DNA of 64,000 bases, from positions 160,001 through 224,000 of the forward strand of contig JBESAV010000001.1 of assembly GCA_041242255.1 (NCBI GenBank), given 5' to 3'. Shown one piece after another: positions 9,717 to 19,355 of the stretch (the stretch's first letter is position 1; each line of letters opens with the position of its first letter). The translations under genes were made by a program, and so were the position numbers. The notes under the pieces are model-generated. The model saw only the letters and a program-made list of their open reading frames with translations, did not search any database and was not told the origin of the DNA. This stretch comes from Candidatus Altimarinota bacterium (GTDB lineage Bacteria; Patescibacteriota; Gracilibacteria; UBA1369; GCA-2718715).

Positions 9717-10709
9717 TTATTTTGTTACTAATTTATCCAACTTCTCTATCATATCCTGATTCTCAAAATTCTCATAACCAGACCTTAAAAACCCTTGTTT
9801 TATAAGTTTTTTAGCAACTTCATCACTTATCCCTCTACTCTTCAAATAAAATAATTTATCTTCAGTTATCTTTGAAATAGCAACACCATGCCCAGCCTTC
9901 ACATCATTTGTTTTTATCTCTAGAGAAGGTATAGCCTCAACATAAGCCGAATTATCCAAAATCATAACATCCTCTTTCAAATAACTATCCGTCCCACCAC
10001 CTTCTAAGCTAATATTTATCTCACCCAAGAAAGTAACTCTAGATTTATCCTCTTGGACACCCTTTACCAAAATCTGACCATTACAGTCTTTAGCCTGAAA
10101 ATAGTTAGCCACATTTGCATTCTTCTTTTCTGAACCATTATTAAGATAAACCCAATCCACGTCAGCTTTTGCAGCTCTTCCTTCTAAAAAATTCTTAATA
10201 TCAAAATAGCCATTTTCAACCCCCAAATCAGCCACTCTATAATTTAACACACCTCTCTCTTCCACTCGAATACGTGATACCAAAACAGTTTCTGAGTCAC
10301 AAACATCCACCTCCAGGTCCAACCCAGATCCTACTCCAACAACTCCTTCAATCAAACAGCAATTCAAATCTCCTCCAGTAATTTCAAGAACTCCACTCAT
10401 TCCTTCAACAACTTTTACACATAAATACCCCACGCCTGACAAATCAACCTCAACTTTTTCCACATCCTCATTAAGCTCTACAAATAAAGCTTTTCTGCCT
10501 TCTATTTTTAAAATTTCTACAGGTAAATCTCCACTTTGCACAACTTTTCCACATATTTGTTCAAAACTTTTAAGATCAGCTCCTATACAATCTATCTCAC
10601 TATTTTCACTAACAGATAAATTATCTAAAAAGCTCGTATCAATTTTCACTCCACGATTAACACCTCCATCATATTCACATAAAACTGAAACAAATTCTTT
10701 AAATTTCAT
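9717..10709 (-). CDS. sufD: Fe-S cluster assembly protein SufD
   Basis: PSLEIKTNDVKAGHG...LFYLKSRGI; lies between sufB and sufS. Confidence 0.9.
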   Translation of the reverse strand: MKFKEFVSVLCEYDGGVNRGVKIDTSFLDNLSVSENSEIDCIGADLKSFEQICGKVVQSGDLPVEILKIEGRKALFVELNEDVEKVEVDLSGVGYLCVKVVEGMSGVLEITGGDLNCCLIEGVVGVGSGLDLEVDVCDSETVLVSRIRVEERGVLNYRVADLGVENGYFDIKNFLEGRAAKADVDWVYLNNGSEKKNANVANYFQAKDCNGQILVKGVQEDKSRVTFLGEINISLEGGGTDSYLKEDVMILDNSAYVEAIPSLEIKTNDVKAGHGVAISKITEDKLFYLKSRGISDEVAKKLIKQGFLRSGYENFENQDMIEKLDKLVTK

Positions 10710-10720
10710 AAAAAAAATTA

Positions 10721-12136
10721 TTATCCAACAGAACCTTCCATCTCTAACTCAATCAACCTATTCATCTCCACCGCATACTCCATAGGTAGCTCCTTCACAA
10801 TTGGCTCAATAAATCCATTTACGATCATAGCCTTAGCTTCTTCCTCCTCAATCCCACGACTAGTCAGATAAAAAATATCCTCATCATTCAATTTTCCAGC
10901 TGAAGCTTCATGAGCTATTGTTACGTCATTATTCATTATTTTCATTTCAGGAAATGTATCAGACCTTGAATAATCATCTAAAATCAACGCATCACATTCT
11001 ACTCTCGCAGTAACATTCTTAGCCTGAGGTAAAACATGAAGCAATCCTCTATAAACAGATGTCCCACCACCTTTAGACAAACTCTTCATCACAACATTAC
11101 AAGAAGTATCAGAGGCCGAACATATAACTTTAGCCCCAGTATCCTGAATCTGCCCTTCATTTGCAAATGCAATCCCCAAGTGATCTGCATGAGCTCCTCT
11201 CCCTTTTAAAATCGAACATGGATAAAGCATAGTCACTCCACTTCCCATATTACCACCAACCCACTCCATCACAGCATTTTCTTCAACTATAGCTCTTTTA
11301 GTATTTAGGTTATAAGTATCTTTACTCCAGTTCTCAACACTAGAGTACCTAACCCTTGATCCTTTCCCAGCATATATCTCTACACATCCAGCATGCAAAG
11401 CATTTGAACCATACTTAGGGGCTGAACAACCTTCAATGTAATGAACTTCAGCACCCTCCTCCACAATTATCAAAGTATGCTCAAATTGTCCTTGAGAAGG
11501 AGCATTCATTCTAAAGTAAGCCTGTAAAGGCATATCAAGTTTCACTCCAGCTGGAACATACAAAAATGTTCCACCACTCCAAACTGCCCCATGCAAAGCT
11601 GCAAATTTATGATCTGAATTAGGCACACACTTCATAAAGTATTTCTTGAAAAGTTCAGGATGCTTCTGAATAGCCACATCACAATCTTCAAAAATCACTC
11701 CCTTCTCCGCCCACTCTTCTTTCAACGAGTGATAAACAACCTCCGATTCATACTGAGCTCCAACACCTGCCAACACAGCTCTCTCAGCCTCAGGGATTCC
11801 AAGCTTCTCAAAAGTATTTTTTATATCATCGGGAACATCATCCCAAGTCTTCCCATTTTTCCCCATTGAATCTGCCTTTGCATAGTAAGTAATCTCTTCC
11901 AGATTCAACTTTGCCAAATCTGGCCCCCATTTCGGCAATTCAATCTCATAAAACTTTTTCAGCGACTCCAATCTAAACTCAAGCATCCATTCTGGCTCAC
12001 CTTTATCTTTCCAAATCATCTTAATCAATTCCTCACTCAAACCTTTTGGAAAAGCCTTCTGATATGAAGCATCATTTTTATGATCAAAAGTATCTCTATT
12101 TAAACCGGCAAAAATCGCATCTTTTTCCAAAGCCAT
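10721..12136 (-). CDS. sufB: Fe-S cluster assembly protein SufB
   Basis: GAQYESE, GQFEHTLI, YIEGCSAP, HEASAG, EYAVEMNRLIELEMEGSVG. Confidence 0.97.
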   Translation of the reverse strand: MALEKDAIFAGLNRDTFDHKNDASYQKAFPKGLSEELIKMIWKDKGEPEWMLEFRLESLKKFYEIELPKWGPDLAKLNLEEITYYAKADSMGKNGKTWDDVPDDIKNTFEKLGIPEAERAVLAGVGAQYESEVVYHSLKEEWAEKGVIFEDCDVAIQKHPELFKKYFMKCVPNSDHKFAALHGAVWSGGTFLYVPAGVKLDMPLQAYFRMNAPSQGQFEHTLIIVEEGAEVHYIEGCSAPKYGSNALHAGCVEIYAGKGSRVRYSSVENWSKDTYNLNTKRAIVEENAVMEWVGGNMGSGVTMLYPCSILKGRGAHADHLGIAFANEGQIQDTGAKVICSASDTSCNVVMKSLSKGGGTSVYRGLLHVLPQAKNVTARVECDALILDDYSRSDTFPEMKIMNNDVTIAHEASAGKLNDEDIFYLTSRGIEEEEAKAMIVNGFIEPIVKELPMEYAVEMNRLIELEMEGSVG

Positions 12137-12193
12137 ATTTGTTTATAAATCAGCAAAAAACTAACAAATTACCCCCAAAAACTCAACTCCAAT

Positions 12194-12691
12194 CTACTCA
12201 CATGAAGTAGATCCACCCAAAAACCTTTGAGCAGATACCAAATCAGCTCTCTTCTCATACTCTCTACTTGGATCTATTCTCAAATTTGTAATTGTATAAC
12301 GATTACCAACTTCTGAATATTTACAATCTCCCAAATTATCAAAAGTTTCTCTTAAACCAATTTTATCTTTATCTTCATCATTCAAACAAATATCAGCAAA
12401 TTCACCAGTATCAGGAGTATAAAACTCTGCCGGAAGCAATCCAGCACTCATATTAGTTATCATAATACACATTTCATTATCCCCTCTACTCGCCAAAGGC
12501 TCAGACAAAGTATATTCACCTTCATAAAAAACTACTTCACCTGAAGCATCTTCTATATCTTGATCTTCTACGTTTGTTTCCCCATCATTCATATCAATGT
12601 TCTCCACCCCAGCATTACTACAACCAACTATAAACACAGACATAACCACACACACAATAAACTTTTTCATAATACAAATTAATTTGATCAA
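12194..12691 (-). CDS. Hypothetical lipoprotein (probable start MKKFIV)
   Basis: MKKFIVCVVMSVFIVGC lipobox. Confidence 0.7.
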   Translation of the reverse strand: MIKLICIMKKFIVCVVMSVFIVGCSNAGVENIDMNDGETNVEDQDIEDASGEVVFYEGEYTLSEPLASRGDNEMCIMITNMSAGLLPAEFYTPDTGEFADICLNDEDKDKIGLRETFDNLGDCKYSEVGNRYTITNLRIDPSREYEKRADLVSAQRFLGGSTSCE

Positions 12692-12705
12692 ACTTTATCA
12701 AACTA

Positions 12706-13254
12706 TCACTCATCTGCCAATTCAAGAGACCTACACAAATCAACAAATTCTTCTAAAACCATATGACCCGATTCATCAATCTCAACTTCCAAATCCTCAT
12801 TAACTACATAATCAAACTCCAGCAAAAAGTAGTCTGATCTTCTATCATCACAAATCTTAAAATAAATCTCTCCAAAGATATGCCCCTCCAATTCATCAAA
12901 TTCTACAAAATCATAAACTCTCACATCACGATCCTCATACACCACATCAAAAGCATCTAAATCATTCCTATTTTCTGGAGTAAAAAAATAATAAGCTCCA
13001 CTTTCATCACCTCCTCGATTTTGAAACAAATCACACTCCATTTCATCAAATACATAATCGTCCCTCACTTTATATCTCAATTCAGGACATTCATAAGCAA
13101 CACCCAAATCAATAGCTCCTACCTCAAACACCTCTGTTTCTAAAAGCTCTCCATCATTTCTTAAATCCAATCTACTCTCAACAACTAAACCATCATCAAC
13201 ACCACACATACCAATCAAACCACCCAAAATTAAACACAAAAAAATTACCAACAT
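12706..13254 (-). CDS. Hypothetical membrane-anchored acidic protein
   Basis: N-terminal hydrophobic segment; host-like codon bias. Confidence 0.65.
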   Translation of the reverse strand: MLVIFLCLILGGLIGMCGVDDGLVVESRLDLRNDGELLETEVFEVGAIDLGVAYECPELRYKVRDDYVFDEMECDLFQNRGGDESGAYYFFTPENRNDLDAFDVVYEDRDVRVYDFVEFDELEGHIFGEIYFKICDDRRSDYFLLEFDYVVNEDLEVEIDESGHMVLEEFVDLCRSLELADE

Positions 13255-13303
13255 ACCCCAAAATTAAACAAATAAATTTTAACACAATAAGTTTACCTAA
13301 ACT

Positions 13304-13341
13304 TAAAATACAGGTCATAGTCCGAAAACTATAACCTGTAT
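13304..13341 (-). terminator. Rho-independent terminator downstream of the M23 gene
   Basis: 14-bp stem ATACAGGTTATAGT/ACTATGACCTGTAT (one G-U pair) followed by TTTT on the minus strand. Confidence 0.75.
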
Positions 13342-13400
13342 CCTCAACCACCTCCGAAGTCTTAGCTAGTTCTTACGCTGTGAGCATTCTTCACGGAGGG

Positions 13401-14589
13401 TTTAGCTAGGATTTTTATACAACACCAAAGAGTCAACACACATCGGCTTGCCATCCTGCGACTTATTTTGAGCGTACAGAATCGACTCCGTCTGCCCATA
13501 ATAGTCATCATAGAACACAGGCTCGTAGAAACCAACGTAGTTGATTCCATCAGTCTGACTCAAGGTTCTTGAACGATTACCAGTAGGCTTTGACCACAGG
13601 TAAAACACCTCATCACTCATCTGCTCATCTTCATAGCAGTTCATATCAACCACCATCCAATGATTCCCAGAATCCAAGTGCTTCACCTTCCACGCAAACC
13701 ATCCACCATACTCAAAGTTATAGTAGAAATCTTTGCCATGGATATTCGACCCAAGGTAGTGCAGCGCATAGTAATCATAACTATACGATGTATACTTTGG
13801 AGTCGTATACCTATACCAGTTAGTAGTATTGGAATACGTTCCCAACACTTCCAACTCAGCCCCAAGGTTGACTCGTCCAGTGTTATCCAGGATCGCCTTG
13901 TCCTCCTCCAGCTCAGAGTAAAGCCAAGCATACTGATCAGCGCGACCTTCTACAAAGTCAAACTCAATTGACTCATAGTCACCCACGTTATAATCAGTAA
14001 CCAAACTCATATCCAAGTGAGGATGAGAAGAGATTCCAGTATGGCCAACTTCACCTACCTTCTCTCCCTGTCTCACACGCACAGCCGTCACACCTTTCGG
14101 TCGACCTACCTGAAACTTCTGAGGAATCGAATCATACTTTAGATGATTCAACCGCAGGTAGTAATCAACACCATCAGGCTTGATCACAACAGTGTTTCCC
14201 CAGCCTCCATTGCATCCTCCACCCATACAGATGAAGTCAACTTTATCATGGACTGCAGAAACAACCCATCCATTCACAGGCGACACAACATCAACTCCAA
14301 ACACCTTATTCGAAGTACTAGCTGAAGTATCCCCCATATCGAAGTCATAGGCATACGCATAACGTCCTTTATGCGTGTACGTACCATTGTTCCCCTGCGG
14401 TATTCTCACCACAGTACCTTTCTTGAAAGGAAGAAAAACCATCGGCTTTTCATCCACTCCATAGCTGTAGACAGTGCTGGCCTCAGCCAGATCACCACAA
14501 GCAATAAAGGCCACCATGACCCCAATTGCCATCAGCAATTTCTTCCAGACATGCATTGCTGCCTCCTTGTTGTTGTTTTCCTAGCTAAA
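13401..14589. repeat. 11-bp perfect inverted repeats flanking the M23 gene
   Basis: TTTAGCTAGGA at 13401-13411 and TCCTAGCTAAA at 14579-14589. Confidence 0.5.
13402..14556 (-). CDS. Secreted M23 family metallopeptidase with C-terminal beta-rich domain
   Basis: Signal peptide; HKGRYAYAYDF (HxxxD-like), GWGNTVVI, NHL, VGEVGHTGISSHPHL (HxH). Confidence 0.88.
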   Translation of the reverse strand: MHVWKKLLMAIGVMVAFIACGDLAEASTVYSYGVDEKPMVFLPFKKGTVVRIPQGNNGTYTHKGRYAYAYDFDMGDTSASTSNKVFGVDVVSPVNGWVVSAVHDKVDFICMGGGCNGGWGNTVVIKPDGVDYYLRLNHLKYDSIPQKFQVGRPKGVTAVRVRQGEKVGEVGHTGISSHPHLDMSLVTDYNVGDYESIEFDFVEGRADQYAWLYSELEEDKAILDNTGRVNLGAELEVLGTYSNTTNWYRYTTPKYTSYSYDYYALHYLGSNIHGKDFYYNFEYGGWFAWKVKHLDSGNHWMVVDMNCYEDEQMSDEVFYLWSKPTGNRSRTLSQTDGINYVGFYEPVFYDDYYGQTESILYAQNKSQDGKPMCVDSLVLYKNPS

Positions 14590-14672
14590 ACTTTTTCAAA
14601 GAACACCACACTAGCGTATCAACAACTTACAAAAGCAACCTTTCACAAAATCAAAAAACTTCTCCACAAAAC

Positions 14673-14700
14673 TTGACATATCCAAAAAGAATGATAGCAT
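14673..14700 (+). promoter_or_regulatory. Sigma70-type promoter (extended -10)
   Basis: TTGACA-16 bp-TAGCAT, with TGn before the -10. Confidence 0.55.
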
Positions 14701-14724
14701 TAAACCTTAATTTAAAAAGTCACC

Positions 14725-14946
14725 ATGAAATTAACAAAACTAATAAACAACTTGTTCCAAAAACCACAAGAGGAACAACAAGTTGAGGGTTATTCTAGAG
14801 AAACGGATTACAGAATCTTCTCAGACCAGGAGTTGCCTGCTTACCTAAGAAAAAAACATACAAACCCAGAAACAGGAAAAGTTGACATTAAATCTGCAAG
14901 AGAAGAATACGCTAGAAGTTGTGCTGAAATACTAGAGTTAGTTTAA
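14725..14946 (+). CDS. Small hypothetical protein (73 aa)
   Basis: ORF with upstream promoter; stop overlaps the sufC stop by 4 nt. Confidence 0.65.
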   Translation: MKLTKLINNLFQKPQEEQQVEGYSRETDYRIFSDQELPAYLRKKHTNPETGKVDIKSAREEYARSCAEILELV

Positions 14947-15695
14947 ATCCAACCAAACCCTTTCTCTTCAATTTCTTTAGCAAAATCACTACCACCAGAC
15001 TTTACGATGACACCATCCTTCATCACATGTACAAAATCTGGTTTTATGTATTCTAAAATTCTCTGATAATGTGTCACAATCATAATTCCCATATCAGAGT
15101 TTTCAGTATGCACTTGATTAACTCCCTTACTCACTATCTTCAAAGCATCCACATCTAAACCAGAATCAGTTTCATCAAGCATTGCTAAACTAGGTTTTAA
15201 AAGTTTCAACTGCAAAATCTCCATCTTTTTCTTTTCTCCACCTGAAAAACCTTGATTTACATATCTATCCAAAAAATCTTCCTCCATATCCAACTCTTCC
15301 AAAACTGGCTTAAGCATTTTCTTAAACCTAAAGGCTTTTACAGTTTTAGCATCAGGATCATTACCCAACAAATGAGCATTATACGAAGCCATTAAGAAAT
15401 TTAGCATAGAAACACCAGCTATCTCTTTTGGGTATTGAAAAGCCAAAAACAGACCAGCCAGGGATCTTTCATGGGCCTCCATTTCAACTAAATCATTCCC
15501 ATTCAAAGAAACCTCACCAGCATCTATCTCATAAGACGGATGCCCCATTAATGAATTAACTAAAGTACTTTTTCCTGAACCATTTGGACCCATTACACAG
15601 TGAATTTCACCCTTCTTTACATCCAAATTCACTCCTTTCAAAATACCCTCACCTTCTACTGAAACCTTTAAATCTTTAACACTCAATAAAGTCAT
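14943..15695 (-). CDS. sufC: Fe-S cluster assembly ATPase SufC
   Basis: GPNGSGKST, FLAFQYP, FSGGEKKK, LDETDSGLDVDAL, THYQRIL. Confidence 0.97.
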   Translation of the reverse strand: MTLLSVKDLKVSVEGEGILKGVNLDVKKGEIHCVMGPNGSGKSTLVNSLMGHPSYEIDAGEVSLNGNDLVEMEAHERSLAGLFLAFQYPKEIAGVSMLNFLMASYNAHLLGNDPDAKTVKAFRFKKMLKPVLEELDMEEDFLDRYVNQGFSGGEKKKMEILQLKLLKPSLAMLDETDSGLDVDALKIVSKGVNQVHTENSDMGIMIVTHYQRILEYIKPDFVHVMKDGVIVKSGGSDFAKEIEEKGFGWI

Positions 15696-15792
15696 TGAAC
15701 CTTTTTAAATCAAGCAAAATATAACTAATTCAAAAAAAATCTCAACCTCCATACCAATTTAGGCTAGAATACATTCACCTATAAAAACAAAC

Positions 15793-16878
15793 ATGCATCA
15801 ACACTTACCAAGCCCAAAAAGAAAAATCTGGCCAGCAATCCTCGGCCTTTTAGTTCTTCTAATTTTCTCATCATTCCATTTATCGTTCAATTCAAATGAA
15901 TTTCAAATCCAAACTGTTACTAATACAGAAACAATATCTGAAGATAGTAACGATTTCTTCCAACTCAGAACTCAGGAAGTAACTTTAGAAAACAATCAAA
16001 AAGTCCAATATTCCATCTCTGGTGACGACAACAGCCTAGAATCACAAGCTCTCAAAGAAGGAGAAAAAGTTATAACCTTTCAAGACCCATCATTAGATCA
16101 ACCAAACATACTAGAAAAATACCGTTTAACTCCCCTTCTTCTTTTACTACTAACTTTTATGGGAGTTACAATTCTCTTTACCGGTAAAGAAACCCTCTAT
16201 TCTTTCTTAAGTCTTTCCCTGACAATCATAGTCCTATTATTCATTCTACAAGCAATTATAAATGGAACTTCTCCACTCTTAGCAACTATAATCGGATGTT
16301 TCACTATAGGTACTCTTTCTATATATATTGCACACGGATTCAATACAAAAACACACCTATCAACAATCTCAATAATAAGCACCCTTTCCGTAACTCTCAT
16401 CTCCTCTCTCCTCGTCACAAACCTAGCAAAACTCACAGGAACTGGATCAGAGAGCAGCTTCTACCTAGCAAACTCAAACTTAATCATTGACCTTAGAAGC
16501 CTACTTTTAGCAGGTATACTAGTTGGGACACTTGGTGTCCTAGATGACATAACGACTAGTCAAATCGCCACCATACACGAACTTCACCACACAGACGACA
16601 AGCAGTCATTCAAAACTCTTTACCAAAAAGGTCTCAACGTAGGAAAAACTCACATTTCATCACTCATAAACACTCTTGTTTTAGCTTATGCAGGTGGAAG
16701 CCTTCCGCTACTCCTTCTACTTTTTACAGACCCAAGCATTCCATTTTGGGTAACCATAAACCAAGAATTCTTCGCTGAAGAAATAATTAGAACTATCATA
16801 GGTAGTATCTCGCTTGTATTAGCAGTACCTATTAGTACAGCTCTAGCTGCCAAATATTACACTCAACATAAACATTAA
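15793..16878 (+). CDS. YibE/F family membrane protein
   Basis: Multi-TM; GTLGVLDDITTSQ and HISSLINTLVLAYAGGSLP. Confidence 0.88.
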   Translation: MHQHLPSPKRKIWPAILGLLVLLIFSSFHLSFNSNEFQIQTVTNTETISEDSNDFFQLRTQEVTLENNQKVQYSISGDDNSLESQALKEGEKVITFQDPSLDQPNILEKYRLTPLLLLLLTFMGVTILFTGKETLYSFLSLSLTIIVLLFILQAIINGTSPLLATIIGCFTIGTLSIYIAHGFNTKTHLSTISIISTLSVTLISSLLVTNLAKLTGTGSESSFYLANSNLIIDLRSLLLAGILVGTLGVLDDITTSQIATIHELHHTDDKQSFKTLYQKGLNVGKTHISSLINTLVLAYAGGSLPLLLLLFTDPSIPFWVTINQEFFAEEIIRTIIGSISLVLAVPISTALAAKYYTQHKH

Positions 16879-16879
16879 A

Positions 16880-17689
16880 ATGAAACTACATCTACTCAAA
16901 CCTAAAGCTAGCTTCAGCCATATTTTAGGGATAAAATACTTTGAAGATCATTACCAAGACAACTCACTAGACATTGAATTTTACGACTACCCAATGGAGA
17001 TCATAAACATTCTTAAAAACGACAAAAAATCCTTTGGTCTAGTCCCTTTCAGCAACTTCCAAAACCAAATAGACAACCAACTTTTAAATGAATTAGAAAA
17101 TAACCCTCAGCTCCAAATCTGGGACCTAATCCAACTCCCAACATATGAGTTTATTTGCAACCAAGAAAAAGAATTCCACTCACTTAGCCTTACCCCTGAG
17201 CAATTCCAAAAACACTTCAACCACCTCTCCAAAAAATACACTCGCCTAAACCTCATCCAAGTACCAACCCTTGAACACAGCTTAGAATTAGCCAAATCAT
17301 CAGCCAAAAATGCATGCATCGCCAACCAATACCAAGCTGACCTCCACAACCTTACGATTTTCTCGGAAGAACTCTCCCCTCAAATACCAGACCAAAAATT
17401 CATAATTATCTCACAACAACCCAACAAAAAGAAAATCCAAACTAGCTCTGCTATCTTAACTCCAACCAACTTCCAAACCTATTACTCCCTTCTACCAATA
17501 CTACACATTTTCCGAGAAAACAAAGTAGAAATAAACTACCTCCAAGAATTCACAGATCAAGAAAATAAAAAATTATTCTACATAGAATTAGACGGCAATC
17601 CAAAACAAGCTCGCTACATTAAATCCAAATTCGAACTAGAAAAAGACATGCAAGCCATCCACTTAAGATTCCTCGGCGGAAGAAGATAA
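16880..17689 (+). CDS. Degenerate prephenate dehydratase-like protein (PDT + ACT domain)
   Basis: LKPKASFS, GLVPF, ACIA, C-terminal F-N-V-I...FYIELDG...RFLG architecture; catalytic motifs altered. Confidence 0.65.
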   Translation: MKLHLLKPKASFSHILGIKYFEDHYQDNSLDIEFYDYPMEIINILKNDKKSFGLVPFSNFQNQIDNQLLNELENNPQLQIWDLIQLPTYEFICNQEKEFHSLSLTPEQFQKHFNHLSKKYTRLNLIQVPTLEHSLELAKSSAKNACIANQYQADLHNLTIFSEELSPQIPDQKFIIISQQPNKKKIQTSSAILTPTNFQTYYSLLPILHIFRENKVEINYLQEFTDQENKKLFYIELDGNPKQARYIKSKFELEKDMQAIHLRFLGGRR

Positions 17690-17781
17690 AACAACTCCAA
17701 TAAAACCCAGAACCATTTAACATAAAAATTTAAAATTCTGGTAAACTCAAAATACTACTATCAAACAAATAAAGTAAAAAC

Positions 17782-18870
17782 ATGAAAGAAACTCTAATAA
17801 AAACCACTTTTGACCTTATAAAATTTCCATCTGAGCCCGAAAACCTACAAGCAAAACTAGACATCATCAACTTCATAAAAGACAAATTTAAAGATAAGCC
17901 AGTTTTCATAAGAGAGTTCACCTCAAATCACCAACCATCCATCCTTATTACGCTCGAGGAGACGTTAAATCCTCAAATCCTACTCTATGCTCATCTAGAT
18001 GTTGTACCCGCCCCAGAAACGGAATTTAACCCTCAAATTAAAAACGGGAAAATATATGGTAGAGGTGCAGGAGACATGAAAAGTTCTGCAGCTGTCATTT
18101 TAGAATTATTTTTAAGCTATCTCGACCAAGACAAAAAACCATCCATTGGACTTATGTTCACATGCGATGAAGAAGTAGGAGGATTTGATGGAACTAAACA
18201 CATGCTTGAAGAGGGAGTATCATGCGAGCTCTGCATTATGCCCGATTCTTCAAAAGGCACTGACACACTTATAACTTACCAAAAAGGTGTTTCCATTATA
18301 AAAGTTTGGGCTCATGGTCGCTCAGCACATGGGTCTCGCCCTCACCTTGGTTCTAACGCAATTGAAAAAGTCATAAAAGATCTAACCAAGATAAGAAAAC
18401 TTTTCAAAAGAAAACAAAAGAAAAATACCCGCACTACCCTAAACATAGGAACCATTAAAGGCGGAGAACAAACAAATCAAATCCCAGAATACGCCGAAGC
18501 AACCCTTGATATAAGATACGAAGATCCAACCCATTTCTATAAAATATTTAAAAAGATCAAAAAGTACACAATTCAAAACTCTGAAATTATGTTTTCAGGA
18601 TCACCTTTCATATGTGACCTCAAAAACCCCCTTATCCAAAACTATATTTCTTCAACCAAAAAAGTCTTAGATAAAAATCCATTCTTCGAAAAAGAATCAG
18701 GTACATCAGATGCAAGATTTTTCTCTGAAAAAAACATACCAGTTATAGTAACAGGTATAGAAAAAGAAAACAGCCATTCACTAAACGAAAACTGTTCCAT
18801 CGATGACATGGTAAATTTCTATAACATCCTTAAAGATTTCATAGATACACACGTAGATACAATCAACTAA
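17782..18870 (+). CDS. M20 family metallopeptidase (ArgE/DapE-like)
   Basis: AHLDVVP, GRGAGDMK, DEEVGG, SAHGS, GTSDAR, HSLNE. Confidence 0.92.
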   Translation: MKETLIKTTFDLIKFPSEPENLQAKLDIINFIKDKFKDKPVFIREFTSNHQPSILITLEETLNPQILLYAHLDVVPAPETEFNPQIKNGKIYGRGAGDMKSSAAVILELFLSYLDQDKKPSIGLMFTCDEEVGGFDGTKHMLEEGVSCELCIMPDSSKGTDTLITYQKGVSIIKVWAHGRSAHGSRPHLGSNAIEKVIKDLTKIRKLFKRKQKKNTRTTLNIGTIKGGEQTNQIPEYAEATLDIRYEDPTHFYKIFKKIKKYTIQNSEIMFSGSPFICDLKNPLIQNYISSTKKVLDKNPFFEKESGTSDARFFSEKNIPVIVTGIEKENSHSLNENCSIDDMVNFYNILKDFIDTHVDTIN

Positions 18871-19355
18871 TCCAATATAAAGACCATCACTTGCTCACCT
18901 GCGCTTTCATATGATCTACGAAAATCTCTCCTTGAAAACATAAAGGCATCACCTACTTTCATTCCAAATTTAGAAGCATAAAAAAACTCACCATCATAAT
19001 CTTCAACTTTGATCATTTTCAAAGTATTAAAATTATACCTACTCTGATCCAAAATACTTCCATCTAAAAGAACCAAAACATCATAACCCTGGTCCATAAT
19101 CACCTCTAGTTCATCAATCTCCAAACCATCATAGACCCTAAGCTCACTGCTGCCTGCAAAAAAACCGTATTCAAAATCCTGAACTTCCTCACTCACTACA
19201 ACCTGCTCAAAAGAAGGTTCATTTCCAATATCATCTCCTTCATTAGATTCTACAATCTCCTCCAAAACTTGGGTTTCCATAAATTGATCCTCAGCCCAAA
19301 AAGCAACTGAAGAAAGAAATATTAAAATAAAAAGTAGAAATAAAACTCTAGCCAT
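18867..19355 (-). CDS. Hypothetical membrane-anchored protein
   Basis: N-terminal TM/signal segment; overlaps the murJ stop. Confidence 0.65.
   Translation of the reverse strand: MARVLFLLFILIFLSSVAFWAEDQFMETQVLEEIVESNEGDDIGNEPSFEQVVVSEEVQDFEYGFFAGSSELRVYDGLEIDELEVIMDQGYDVLVLLDGSILDQSRYNFNTLKMIKVEDYDGEFFYASKFGMKVGDAFMFSRRDFRRSYESAGEQVMVFILD

Noticed and set aside
13346-13405. Imperfect ~60-bp hairpin after the M23 stop as an integron attC site
   Set aside because: Ends do not match RYYYAAC/GTTRRRY properly, there is no L-box/spacer geometry, and there is no integrase or second attC.
13590-14676. Several overlapping ORFs within the M23 gene
   Set aside because: Expected by-product of higher GC content; no recognisable motifs.
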